Assembly: GCA_951406725.2 (NCBI GenBank)
Contig: OX597815.1
Span: 213,280,001-213,344,000, forward strand
DNA length: 64,000 nucleotides
DNA from: Octopus vulgaris
Lineage: Eukaryota
Reading direction: 5' to 3'
Both the position numbers and the translations under genes were made by a program. This document shows positions 26,078 to 39,848 of the stretch, piece after piece (position 1 is the first letter of the stretch; each line of letters opens with the position of its first letter). The notes beneath the pieces are model-generated. The model was not told where the DNA came from. It saw nothing but the letters and a program-made list of their open reading frames with translations, and searched no databases.

Positions 26078-26726
26078 CAAGCAGGCGTGGAGATAATTAC
26101 CTTTTCGGCAGAGGGGAAACACATATATATATATATATGTATACACACACACATATTTATGTGTTTGTGTGTAGCATTGTCTAGACATCACATGATAGAT
26201 TATAGATGAGCATCATTGTCTTACAAGCAAGGTTGTCTTCAGTCTTCTGTGAAAAATATATTTAGGTATGGGAGAATATAAACTTGCTTTGAAACAGGTG
26301 AGGACTGGTGCAGGAGGGGCATCTGGCCATAGAAAATCTTCTTCAACAAATTTGGTTGGACACATGCACATGTCTGAATATAATATAATGAAGTGTATTT
26401 GGAAATATTAACACCTGCCTTTCTATACATAAAGGTATGTATGAATACATGTACAGTCAGGAATGCACACTCATGCATACATTTTCCTGAATATGTGCTT
26501 GTGAGAAATTTGGGAGATATCACCATCTTTTTTTTAACACCCACACTTCCATGCAGTTTTGTTGTGGCAGATTTCCTACAGCTGGATGCCCTTCACCTGT
26601 TTCCAAATAAGGTAATATTTCCCCATGGCTGGACAAGTTTTCCTGGAAGACTGGGAACAAAGGAGACAACTTGCATGATGGTGACATTTGTTTATATTTC
26701 ACATACGATGACAAGGCAAGGAAACT

Positions 26727-26767
<41 letters not shown>

Positions 26768-26859
26768 GGGTGAAGGGAGAGAGGAATATTTAGAAAAATA
26801 TGTAAAAATATGAAATTAATATTTTTAAATCTCACAAGAAATATTCAGCAACAATACTC

Positions 26860-27216
26860 TGGAGTAAAGATTGTTTGCCAACATAACATGGCAGTCCTGG
26901 TTTAGGACGAATGTTGCTGTAATTTAGCCCCAGGAGACCTCGTTTCCAGCTGGCTACACGACACTATCTGTGTGTCCTTATATTTTTGAATAAGGTAATC
27001 TAGCACCCCCCCACTCAGCTCAAAACAGTATGTGTATTGTGATACACAGATATTGTTTTGAGTTGAGTGGGGATGCTAGATTCCCTTGTTTGAAAATATA
27101 AGGACACAGATCGTGTCGTATACCAGCTGGAAACAAGGTCTCCTGGGACTAAATTACAGCAACATTCGTCCTAAACCAGGACTGCCATGTTATGTTAGCA
27201 AACAATCTTTACTCCA
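26860..27216. mobile_element. Foldback MITE: 357-bp near-perfect palindrome
   Basis: tggagtaaagattgtttgcc... versus ...gcaaacaatctttactcca. Arms pair almost to the centre at about 27038. Confidence 0.88.
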
Positions 27217-28249
27217 ATGTAAAAATATGTTTAACATGAAACCATATTTAAAAAGAATTTTAATAAAACTAATTTAATGATTAACTGCAGTCATCCAAAA
27301 GTCTCATCTCATCTAAAACCAGTTCAAAGAAATAGGACTATGCAAATTCTTTACTTCAATGCAACTATGGTAACAGTTCACATTACTCCCTTAATAGCAA
27401 CTGCCTCACACTTTTGTCACCAACCTGTCTAAGACTACCTTGGTTTTCAATACAAATTTTTCATTTCAAAGTGATTTAAATTAAAACCTTCCAGCAAAAT
27501 TTTTATATTAATTAATGTTCTCCAGTTTAATAATCACACAGGTATTTTACTAAATTCTTCAGTATTTTCGAGACTTGCTGAAACAAAGGCTGTGTATTTC
27601 ACACAGAAATATAGTAGCAAAAGGGTGAAAACATTGTTTCGCTGAGCTAAAGTATCTTCAAAAGATGGCAGAGGAATAAAAAACGATTTTGGTCTAACCA
27701 AAAAATACTTGGAAAAATAGACATTCTCAACCAATGTTCCTTTTGTGCAGAGGAATTTATGTTGTGTGCAAATTGTTTCTTTGCAAAATAAGTGTGCATC
27801 CATGTGAGTAACCATTGCTCAAATTTCTTCATCATCCTCATTGTTTAAAGTCCGTTTTCCATGCTGGCATGGTTTGGACGATTTGACTGATGACTGGCAA
27901 GCCATGGAGGCTGCACTAGTCTCCACTCTGATCTGGCAAGGTTTCTACAGCTGGATGCCCTTCCTCACACCAATCACTCTGAGGGAATAGTGGATGCTTT
28001 TTACAAGCCACCGGCACGGGAGCCAGACAGGCAGCACTGGCATCGACCATGTTCGGATGGTGCTTTTTACGTGCCACCAGCATGGGAGCCAGTCAGGGGC
28101 CACTGGCATCGAACACATCTTAGATGGAACAGTGTTTTCAGCATAACTATTCTCTCAGTCACTACAAAAGATGAAACAAAGCACCACGTCCTCAGTGCGT
28201 TTGTAGTCTGATCACATAAATTTATTCAGTGAAAAATGTAGAATGCCAG

Positions 28250-29100
28250 AAGGACTCTATCAGGGCCTTGTTCTCAGCCCCTTCTTCTTTATTTTAGTTC
28301 TCCAGGCTTAACAGAGAAGTTGATGACCATCTGGCCCAGGAAGCTCATGTGTGTCAGCAATCTAGTTCTGATAGCCAAATCAGTCAAAGAATTAAATGAT
28401 AAACTCCAAGTATGGAAGCAATGCCAAAAATGAAGATGTCTAAAAGTTGACCAAACAAAAACAAAAGCCTTAGTAAGAATCTATCATTTTAGCAGTGCCA
28501 ATGTGAGATATGCAGAAAAGGAGTGGATAGAAATTCTATATTCTTTACCCTGTGTATACTGTGTGGGAATAAGAGGTATATTGTATATAAGCAGGAAAAT
28601 CCAAAATAAAAAAAACTTGTTTGTAGGAGATGCACTGGAACAGGTAGGAAAAAGAGCAGACATTAAATAAATCATTTCAAATTTCCCATAAGTAATTGAC
28701 GTTTTCTGTTATCCAGGTGATCCAATTAGCAGTGGAGATGAGCTCTGGAAGCACAGTAGCCAGATGGGTGGGAAAAAGTTCATGGAACAAAGGGAATCTC
28801 ATATTGTATGATGCTTGTGTATGAAAGGTAATATTGCTTGGTAATGAAACATGGGCATTGAATGAATAGAAGTTGTTTGTGATGGCTGGATAGAAAGGAG
28901 ACGAGTAAACTCTGCTGGATATGCAATGTTAGCAGGGCATAAACTTGCTAACAGAGAGGAGCTGAGGTGAAAATTTCGGTATAAGAGGAATTAATTGTGT
29001 GCAACAGAGGAGACTGTGATGGTATAGACGTGATGTGTATGGAGGATGATAGTTGGGTGAGAAGGTGTGAGGTGATCCAAGTAGAGGGAATCTGAGGAAG
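28250..29100 (+). mobile_element. Highly degenerate RTE-like RT fragment
   Basis: Remnant QG..LSPF.F motif at about 28260 and decayed downstream RT-like sequence; no open frame. Confidence 0.45.
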
Positions 29101-29551
29101 ATCACTGGAGCTCAACGGAAATAATTGTCAGTGGTAAGGTGCTATACTGAAGAAGATTCAGCCAACTGATGCAAGCATGGAAAAACAAATGATGACGGTG
29201 GTTTGTTACCAATGAATCTGTGGATCTATATTCATAGGTACTTGGTCTTTCTTAGCAGCAATGAAAGAGAGTTAAATTGACTAGATCTTACGGTTGTTAT
29301 GGGTCATCAGGATTTCTTTATCTTTCTCATCAAAGATGTCAAACTATAGTAACATAGAGTTACTTATTAAAATGAAAACAACTTTGTATCTGACACAACT
29401 CTTCTACATCATAGTACAAGATTGATGGCCTGATATTAACTACTAGTGTGCTGATATAGGACGAGTTTTCAACAGATAAATACATGGAACAGTGCCCATG
29501 AGATGTGTGTAGCACAGCCTTGTTTACATTTTAGAAAATGACCTCTTTGCT

Positions 29552-31152
29552 ACTAATATAATAATAATAATAATAATAATAATAAACATTGTGTACAGTG
29601 CTCAGGTGCACTACAACTCATCTAAAGTGTATATATAATCAGGTGTAGTTTCGGCGGATTTCGGAAAGCATGAGGGCCTTAAAGGATGCAGTGTCATGGC
29701 AGTCAACAACTGACGCAGGCAGTTTATTCCATGCTTCAGCAACTCTGAGCGTGAAAAAATGTTTCCGAAAGTCATGGGAGCTGTGTTGTTTTCTGACTTT
29801 GTAGGCATGTCCACGTGTGTTAGACACATGGAGATCAAAAAGGTGTTCAGTGTTGTTGGTGAGGTGGTTGATAACTTTGTGGGTGTTTACCAAGTCCGTC
29901 GCCAGACGCCGGAGCTTCAGGGAAACAAGGCGCTCAGAATATGGTAGGTGTCTGATGGAGGGTATGCGTTTGGTTGCACGTCTCTGAACAGATTCCAGGA
30001 GGTCAATGTTCTGAGCAAGATAGGGGTTCCAAACTGATGATGTGAATTCCAAGTGTGGTCGTACCATAGCTGTATACAGTTTTAAATAGATGGCTGGAGA
30101 GCGGTTAACAAAAGTCTTGCTGAGTGATGCCAAGACACCCTCGGCCTTCTTGACAATTTTAGAGATATGCTTTGTCCAACGCAAATCACTGCTGACAGTG
30201 ATGCCCAGGTCACGCTCGCAAGAGGATTTCTTGATATCAGTGTTGTGGAGGGAGTATGTAGACGCAGGGTTTTTTCTCCCAAAATGCATGGTGGTACACT
30301 TGTCCACAGCCAGTTTCAGTTGCCAGTCTGTGATCCATTGCTGCATTGTGTCTAGGTCTGATTGCAGGAAAGAGTTGTAGACATCAGGATCTGTCCTCTT
30401 GATTTCAAGGTACAGCTTGATGTCGTCTGCATATTTCAATACTGTGGCATTCTTTAAATTGGCATCTATGTCATTAATGTATGCCACAAACAAGAGGGGA
30501 CCAAGGACAGATCCCTGTGGTACACCCGATGACATCTCATATGGTGTAGAGTGCTGTCCTAGAACTGTGACTAACTCCTTTTGGCTGGGTTCTATAGTCT
30601 ATTTCAGCTTGGTTTCTACAGCTGGATGTCCTTCCTAATGCCAACCACTTTACAGTGTACTGGGTGCTTATTATGTGGCACCCACACCAATTCTGTTGTG
30701 GTGGGCAGTTAAAAAGGTCATCCCCCACACCCATTGCAGAGAGTTTCACCATAAGCCTTTTGTGTGGCACAGAGTTGAAAGCCTTAGCAAAGTCAAGGTA
30801 GACAACATCCACCCATGAGCCACTGTCAGTGATCTGAGTAATGTCCTCAAGGAACTCGACAAGCTGGTCACTGCAGCTGGAGTTAGGGACAAATCCATAT
30901 TGTGAGGGTCGGATGAGACTGTGAGAGCTCCAGAAGTTCCAGAGTGTTTCTCTGACACACGATTCCATCAGTTTTGCAATACAGCTAGTGAGACTGACTG
31001 GGCGATAGTTGACAGGTGATGTGCGGTCGCCCTTTTTGAACAGAGGAATGACACTGGCAGTTTTCCACTGCTCCGGAGTAGCACCATTGTTGAGACAGTA
31101 CTGGAAGAAAATAGAAAGCTGGTGTAAAAGGAAGTGCCTGCCATGTTTGAGA
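29552..31152 (-). mobile_element. CR1-like LINE RT fragment, same family as 23083-26077, interrupted at 30585-30708
   Basis: Protein closely similar to the + strand copy (YLDFAKAF, SGVPQG, YADD, TRGH). Shares the 3' motif gtgcacctgagcactgta and a (TTA)n tail. Confidence 0.93.
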
Positions 31153-33739
31153 GTATGTGTGTAAGGTACGTGAACTGATCCTCAGTTTGAATTGCTTAAC
31201 AGATCCTCTGGACTAACTGTGAAGTTTATTTCCAAAGTGAATCTTCCTCCTTTTTTTGTGTTGGATATTTCAGGAACTTTCTGTTTCAGGAATTAAGTGA
31301 TGCTTTATATTTATATCTCAGTAGTATTTCAAAAATTGTGAAGATGGTGAAATTGGCCAATACTTTTCGTCTTTGGCCATGTTGTTTTTGTGCATTAGTT
31401 TAGGATTAGAGTTTGAGATAAAATAGATTTCCTATGATAAATATTTTTATCAAGAAATCTTTGCCAGAGTTTAATATTTATTGAGAACAATCTTAAGAAA
31501 TTTGTCAGGATCACTGACTGCATTTCTTTGGATTTCTCCTTTTCCCTCTACAACTTTTCATTTCTCTGATATGTTTTGTGAAGAACAAACTTTAGCAACG
31601 TAAATCTGATCAGCAAAAGTTTGTTAATTGAAGACAGAACAGTTTTGTTTCTAAAAGATCTCTTCCTTTATTTCTAAAACCATATCAGAGCATTTTGTGC
31701 ACATTTAGGATTAAGTGATGCAGTGATTTTGTATTAAAAAAGTATTTTAGATTTAATTTTGTGTTACCAAAAGGTTTCTTTTCTTAATGATGTTTTAAAT
31801 TATTGATGAAGGTTTTAAATTGAGTTTCAGCTGGTACTTCTGTCATCTGGAACTGTTGTAGCATTATCAATAATTATATTTTTGTTTCAGACGACTGAGC
31901 ATATGTAGCACATGGCTGTACTCCTGAAGACCTGCCCACCACAACAGAATTGGTGTGGGTGCCACATAATAAGCACCCAGTACACTGTAAAGTGGTTGGC
32001 ATTAGGAAGGACAGTCAGCTGTAGAACCCAAGCTGAAATAGACTATAGAACCCAGTGTGGTTCCTAGTCTTGCCAGTTCCTGTCAAGCCATCCAACCCAT
32101 AGCAGCGTGGAAAAGGGACATTAAATGTTGATGATGCTGATTTTAATTTGTTAAGAATGATTTTGTCTCTCTGGGGGCCATGTTTCATTTTTTACTCTTT
32201 GATGCAATGAGTTGGAGCATTATTAAGTCAGGTGTTGGTGCTTTGTCTCCAAATAACCTCCAGGCCATTTCAATATCAGTTTTCAGAAAGAATGAGCTCA
32301 ACAACCCAGTTTAAGCTCCATCACATTCCAGTTTAACTTTTCTCAGATTCATGCAGCCAAATTGTAAAGTAATTGATAGAAGGCGATGGGAAACCTAAGA
32401 AAAATAGGGAATCTTCAGAATATCAGCATCATCATCATCATCACAGGTTGGACGGTTCGACCGGGGTCTGGGAATCCAGGAGGCTGCACCAGGCTCCAGT
32501 CTGATCTGGCAGTGTTTCTACTGCTGGATGCTCTTCCTAACGCCAACCACTCCGTGAGTGTAGTGGGTGCCTTTTACGTGCCAGGGGAGGCTGTCAATGG
32601 TCACGATCGGTTGGTGCTTTTTACGTGCCACCGGCACGGAAGCCAGTCAAGGCGGCGCAGGCATCAGCCACGTTCGGATGGTGCTTTTTATGTGCCACCA
32701 GCACAGGTATCACGACTACAATTTCCATTTGATTTTTTCATGTTGTGTACTTGACTGAATAGGTCTCCTCAAGCACAGCAGGTCGCCCTATGATCTAAGG
32801 TAAGCAGAGCAGGCCATCCTGCGATCCAAGGTACTTTGGATGGGCTGGGGCTTCTATGTGAAGCTGGTGCAGGAAACAGCCATGAACTAACGTTATTTGT
32901 CGGGTTTTCGCAGTCACAGCATATCTCCAGAGGTCTCCGTCTTTCGTCATTGCCTCTGTGGCTTAAATATAAAAAAATATTTTAACTTTTCTCAACAACT
33001 CCACTCAAAATTATCACACATTCTCCTATTCAGTTGTAGGGGCTTTTTCATCTAACCGATTACAAAGTAACTAACGATAGTTACAGAACACTGACTTATA
33101 ATTAATGCAATAAAATCCAGGAATGTCTTCGTCATCCACTAAGAATTGAATCATAATTAATTATATGAATAGTATATTGCTTATTTTTGATTCTTCAAAC
33201 AAGGTTCATTTTTTTCTCTTGCTTCCCACCAACAATACTTCAGAAATTCTTCTCCACTTATAACAGGTTAACTAAACGTTATAAGAAACAAATATTTATA
33301 ATTAAGACGTAAAGAAAAATCAATGAGGCTTTGTAAGTCCTGTGAGAAGTATTTGAAGAAACAGTCGTAGAGAAAATGTATTAAAATCCATTTAGTTATG
33401 TAAGGTAGACAACTGAGACTAAATTCAATTAAAGGGAGGCAACTACTTTAAACTGCACTAATTGCCTTTTATGTCCTTAAATGGATAAAAAATAGGAAAA
33501 TGAAATAAAAACAAAAATATTGTGTGTTGTGTTTGGATACACAACACACAGTCAGAAACAAACAATAACAAAAGTCAGTAAAATTCCAATGATATTTCAG
33601 GAAAAGGTGGACTTTAACATAGCTGTCCCACATAAATTGGAATTTCTCCCTATTTCCCTGGACTTCACAGATTTTCTTTTGCCTCTTGCACTTCAAACAA
33701 AAAATCAACGATCTTTCATCGTCGCCTCCAACCATACTC

Positions 33740-33845
33740 GGGCGGAGGATAAAGAATACGCACACCACCCGTTTTCGGCGTAACAAAAACCCTAACCTTA
33801 ACCCTAACCCTAAACACCGGGTGTACGTATTCTTTACTTTCGCCC
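33740..33845. mobile_element. Small MITE-like element with imperfect ~26-bp TIRs and internal (CCCTAA)n
   Basis: gggcggaggataaagaatacgcacacc versus ggtgtacgtattctttactttcgccc, with aaccctaaccttaaccctaacccta inside. Confidence 0.65.
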
Positions 33846-35724
33846 CTTCAAGACAGCCACCACCATTATTTTAATTCTCTCTCATCTTAAAGTACTCCAT
33901 ATCCTGGGAAAAGAAAAAAAACCCATCTGCCCCACTGCTTTAGAATCACTGTTACTCTTAAGTAGGATTTTCTCCATTTTCGCCCAGATTTTCAATATCA
34001 CGCATTTCCAAATGAATTAGCGTGAGAGCTTTTTCTAAAAAATAAAAAAACAGAAAAGAAATTGAAATCTATAAATTTCCAGTGTCTCCCCTCATTCTCA
34101 TGTAATCTGCATTTTTAGAGTAAAAACACAAAAATACCCCCAAAATCATTTCGTACCTACCTTCCCTTCATCCCACCATACTTTTTACAGTTACTATGAA
34201 ACTTTTATAGAATTCCGATCCCTGAAACACTTGTAATTTGCATAAAAAAAAAAAAAAAAATTATCCATAATTTTTAAAAAATCCTACTCGCCCCCCCCCT
34301 TCATTGTGCCTTAGGAACAACAATCACCACTTAAATGGCGTTTTTTTTCTTCATGATTTTCTTAATCTCACCACCTCTGGTTTCTCGTACCTTTCACGAT
34401 TAAATATAAAATTAAATATCATGAGTTGATGTGTGAAAAACAAAATTAGAATTTTGAAAAAAAGTATCATTAAAATGATGACTTCAGTTGTTTTAAATGT
34501 AGAAAAGAATATTGTTTAATTGAAGAAGAGTTTAATGGGGCCCAAAATATCACGTTTTCTCCTTTTTATTATAGCAATCGATTGTTGCAGCAGCAAAGAG
34601 TTAAATAAATGTTTGCATTTAAGGCGATGAGCTGACAGGAATTGCTGACGCGTCAGGCAAAGTGCTTAGCATTTCATCTGTCGTTACATTTCAGAGTTCA
34701 GAGTTCAAATTCCGCCGAGGTCAACTTAAGCTTTCATCCCGTTGGTGGTCGATAAAACGAGTGTAGGACAAAAGCCCCACGATTATATTTTTTTCATTTT
34801 TTCAACCTTTTACTTGTTTCAGTCATTTGACTGCGGCCATGCTGGGGCACCGCTTTGAAGAATTTTTAGTTGAACGTATCGACCCCCAGAATATTTTTCC
34901 TTTTTACTTGTTGGAGGCATTAGACTGCGGCCATGCTGGGGCACCACCGTGAAGAATATTTTGTCGAATGTACCGACCCCTGAATTGTTTTCCAGTGATT
35001 TTCAACCAGCGCATGATGTTATGCATAGAAAGTCTCTCCACATGCTAGAAATAACAGTCAAATCTCCTGAAATATTTTTATAACCTCCTCGTTTTTTTTT
35101 TCTAAAAATCTTTTTACTTGTTTCAGTCATTGGACTGCGGCCATGCTGGGGCACCGCTTTGAAGAATTTTTGGTCGCAGAAAAATCAGCAATTTAAAATA
35201 TATATTAAAAGTCTTGTTTTCTTCTCTCACAGGTTAATGAGAATAAGTTGATCCTTTGAACTTTCTCCAGCCGTTGAAGGTCTAACATTGGGAGGAATAG
35301 AGATGTTTGGACACCATTTTTCGATTGAATATATTATGCTTTCTTAAAAATTGGAATTTTGGAAAATAATTTTTTTTTTTACAATCGCGATTTCCGTTTT
35401 TGTTTACGTGAAATTTAGAAAAATAAAAACTTGTAAGATTTAGCTGTTATTTCTAGCATGTGGAGAGATAAGTGTCTTCTGCTATAGCCTTGGATCAACC
35501 AAAGCCTTGTGAGTGGATTTGGTAGACGGAAACTAAAAGAAGCCCGTCGTATATATGTGTGGGTGTGTGTGTGCATCGGTTGTCAAGCGATGGTGGGGGA
35601 CAAACACACAGACACATATTTAGACAAACGATACTTCTTATCGTTTGCCTAAATAGGGAGATAGGTGTTTCTCCATAAAAATGATAAATTCTGGTTTTTG
35701 TGAAGAAAAACATGTCAGAGACAT

Positions 35725-36120
35725 ACTCTTTTACTTGTTTCAGTCATTTGACTGCGGCCATGCTGGAGCATTGCCTTTAGTCGAGCAAATCGACCCCGGG
35801 ACTTATTCTTTGTAAGCCCAGTACTTATTCTATCGGTTCCTTTTGCCGAACCGCTAAGTGACGAGGACGTAAACACACCAGCATCGATTGTCAAGCAATG
35901 CTAGGGAGACAAACACAGACACACAAACACATACACACACATACATATATATATGTATATATACGACGGGCTTCTTTCAGTTTCTGTCTACCAAATCCAC
36001 TCACAAGGCTTTGGTTGGCCCGAGGCTATAGCAGAAGACACTTGCCCAAGATGCCACGCAGTAGGACTGAACACGGAACCATGTGGTTGGTAAGCAAGCT
36101 ACTTACCACACAGCCACTCC
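35725..36120 (-). mobile_element. SINE family A, full length
   Basis: Reverse complement of the 12897 copy. Confidence 0.85.
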
Positions 36121-37153
36121 ATGTCTAATATTTACTTTCATTTTGTGTGTGTATTTATAGTCATTCAAACGTAGTTCTTATCATTTTTATGTCTCTACAC
36201 ATTCCTTGATGTAAATGCTTTCCCTTTTGTTAGAATTCAGACAATATACAGATTGAGTAGTAAAGAGTCTTGAGTTCTGTTATTCTATTATTGATTTATT
36301 TTCATTTTCGAACTTTATAATTATTCTTAAAACGAGGAAAATAATTGAAACACGGAACATACCATTGTGAGAGACATAAATGGTTTGACACCATTTTTCG
36401 ATTCAATATATTATTCTTACTTAAAAATTGGAATTTTGGAAAATAATTTTTTTTTTACAATTGCGATCTCCGTTTTTGTTTACGTGAAATTATAAAAAAT
36501 ATAAACTTGTAAGATTTGACTGTTATTTCTAGCATGTGGAGAGACCTTCAAAGGTTAACTTTATGTGCTGATTGAAAATCACCTAAAAAAGATTCTGGGG
36601 TCGATACATTCGACTAAAAATTCTTCAAACACACACACACACACATACGACGAGCTTCTTTTAGTTTCCGTCTACCAAATCCACTCACAAGGCTTTGGTC
36701 AGCTCGGGGCTGTAGCAGAAGACATTTTCCCAAGGTGTCATGCATTAGGACTGAGCCCAGAACCATGTCGTTGGTAAGCAAGCTACTTACCGCACAGCCA
36801 TTCCTGCGACTCTCTCTCTCTCTCTATTTATATATCTATCATATATATATATATACAGGGTGGGTCAAAAGTCGAAATATTTCAAATTCTCACCCGATTA
36901 TTTTCAAAAAATGAAGTTCTGTATGCTAAGGACAAAAATCGCATTCATTTTTATTTCTAGAAATTAATAATAAAGAAATTAGAATTTTCAGCTTATAAAA
37001 CTACATTTTTTAGAAGATATTTAACAAGATCCCATTTTAGCGATGGTTGTTCTTCCAAAGCATTGATAAGATGTGTGTGTGTGTGTGAGGGGACACCTTT
37101 AAATTATATTAATTAATTTTTTTGTTGTTTTGCAAATGTGGATTACATGTTTC

Positions 37154-37555
37154 GGATCTTTTCGGTTTGGACGGCAGTTTTTAAAAATAATTTCCACTTA
37201 ACTAAACACTTTTAAACTTCGTATACTGGTAGAATGTGTTTATAAAACATCTCCTGGCTTTATTGAGAAAATTCTATAGTTTGTAAGATATTTGTTGTTT
37301 TTTCTTCAATTTCTGAAATTTCAACCAATCAATGACATCTATTGAGGTAAACAACATTCTATGCCGTATGAATATGTCCCTCGTTTAAGAAACAGATTGG
37401 GTTTATTTACATTTCTGAAGAAAAAAAGCTACCCTTCCCCCCACCCATAACCCTAACCCAGATTGAAATGCAATAGATCGATACTAGGGTCATAATTATG
37501 GGTGACAATTTCATATGACCGCTAGAAAAAACTGCCGTTCAAACCGAAAAGATCC
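37154..37555. mobile_element. Same TIR MITE family (copy 2, opposite orientation)
   Basis: ggatcttttcggtttggacggcagttt ... aaactgccgttcaaaccgaaaagatcc. The interior is the reverse complement of 118-545, including taaccctaaccc. Confidence 0.87.
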
Positions 37556-38957
37556 AAGTATTTCAGAAAATGGAGAACTATAACATGCAAAAAAAAAAAA
37601 AAAAAAAAAAGAAAAAATTACTGTGATGGTTTTTGTGAAGGAATGAAAAGGGGGAAGAAGTTGATATTAAAGAAAATCATGGAGTTGAAGCATTTCTTAT
37701 TTCTTGGAAAAGGTTTCCCAGACCATCTTTTTGAAGGGATTCGGAAAATCGAAGCCAAAATGGAAAAAAATCCAACTTAGGGGAAACAGCTATTCCGAAA
37801 GTTTGCTCAGAAAGGGTTTACAGGTAACTTCATGTTTTGAATTTAATTTACATTTTTACAAATAGGTAACTGTAAAATATCAATTAATTTTGTCTTTTTC
37901 CATTCAAACGTTGATCGTTGTTGGCCAACATGTTTTTAGGTTTCAGTATTTCGTAGAAACCAAGTTATTTGTTGCGACAATATTTGAGTCAACCTACGTT
38001 TATGTAAATGTTAAAAAAGTCACTGAAAAAAAAAAGCCCCATTTTATTTAAATACTACAAGCAATTCAAGTAACCAAATATTTTGAATCACTTATTAAGT
38101 GACGTGACTTATACACAATTTATTTGTGAAAAAACAAAACTTCTCAGTTTCTTTTTAGTAAATTGAGGCAATGAAAGGAAAGCTTTCGAGTCGGTTATTG
38201 ACATTTCATGACGTGTTTACAGATTGTTAACACCTGACATAGTATCGTGGCGTTACTTGTATATTCATTTTTGCTTTTAATGTTGATGACTAAGACGAAG
38301 AATATTCCAGCCAACGCCACCAAGAAACTCTGTCCCGTTCTCTCAAGTAACACAGATTATGAAGGCGTTCTTTTTATTATTATTTTCTTTCTTTCTTATG
38401 ACTTTTTTGTACGGATTCGTAAGAAATAAGAGGTTCCCAGCAGTTATTATTATTCATTACAACAGAACCTCCAAGATCGGGCGTGAAGGAAGTAATTAAT
38501 AAACCAAAACTCTTTGGCAATCTTTAAACAGTGGTCTGCTTGCTATTTTGTGAACTCTATTAAACAATTTAATCAGTAGAGTCTCTTAGGAGCTGCAGGT
38601 GCCATATTTATACAAATAATCCCAAACTTTTTTGGAGAAGGGACTAGTCGATTACATCAACTCCAGTGTTTCATTGGTATTTAATTTATCGACTCCGAAA
38701 GGATGAAAGGTAAAGTCAACCTCGACGGAATTTGAACTCAGAATGTGAAGATGGACGAAATACTGCCAAGCAATTTGCCCGACGCGCTGACCATAATGTC
38801 AGCTCACCGCCTTAATATTTATACAAATAACAACGAATTTATGATTTCCAGTGCTCAGAAACGAGTAAAAGAAGTAACAGAAAGCCGCAGTAAGTCAAGT
38901 GAAGAATGAAGGCAATGAAAGCGAGAATGCTTGGGACGCAGAGAATAAAAATGAAAG

Positions 38958-39170
38958 GAAGGCGGCGAGCGGGCAGGAACGTTTGCACGCCGGGCGAAAT
39001 GCTTCTGAGTTCAAATTCCACCGAGGTCGACTTTGCCTTTCATCCTTTCGGGGTCGATAAATTAAGTACCAGTTACGCACTGGAGTCAATGTAATCGACC
39101 TAATCCGTTTTGTCTGTCCTTATTTGTCCCCTCTGTGTTTAGCCCCTTTGTGGGTAGTAAAGAAATAAGA
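38958..39170 (+). mobile_element. SINE family C
   Basis: Family core present; donor of the templated insert at 39664-39728. Confidence 0.82.
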
Positions 39171-39189
39171 ATAAAAATGAAATCAGAAA

Positions 39190-39340
39190 CTGAGCACTAA
39201 AAGAGCCACAAATAGGAAAGGGTGTACGGGCAAGACAGAAGGAGTGTTGGTCAATTTCAGGAAGCATGGAATTTCTAAAGGATGCAGTATCTGGACAACC
39301 AACGACTGACGTGGCTATTTTATTCCTTGCTTCAACAATT
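39190..39340 (-). mobile_element. Short 3' fragment of a CR1-like LINE
   Basis: Translates IVEARNKIATSVVGCPDTASFRNSMLPEIDQH, similar to the C-terminus of the 23-26 kb LINE (VAEAWNKLPTSVVSCRSTASFKTSMLPEIRQH). Confidence 0.7.
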
Positions 39341-39402
39341 TTGAATGTAAAAATAACACAAAACAAAGCCTTGTTGTGCATTTCATAAGTCTACTTTATA
39401 AC

Positions 39403-39848
39403 CGGAGGCACAATGGCCCAGTGGTTAGGGCAGCGGACTCGCGGTCATAGGATTGCGGTTTCGATTCACAGATCGGGCGTTGTGAGTGTTTATTGAACGA
39501 AAACACCCAAAAGTTCCACGAGGCTCCGGCAGGGGATGGTGGTGACCCTGCTGTACTCTTTCACCACAACTTTCTCTCACTCTTACTTCCTGTTTCTGTT
39601 GTACCTGTATTTCAAGGGGCCGGCCTTGTCACTCTCTGTGTCACGCTGAATATCCCTGATATTCAGAGGGGACAAATAAGGACAGACAAAACGGATTAGG
39701 TCGATTACATTGACTCCAGTGCGTAACTACGTTAAGGGTACACGTGTCTGTGGAGTGCTCAGCCACTTACACATTAATTTCACGAGCAGGCTGTTCCGTT
39801 GATTCGGATCAACCGGAACCCTCGTCGTCGGAACTGACGGAGTGCTTC
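39403..39848 (+). mobile_element. SINE family D with internal templated insertion
   Basis: Collinear with the 19918-20299 copy except for 39659-39724. Confidence 0.82.
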
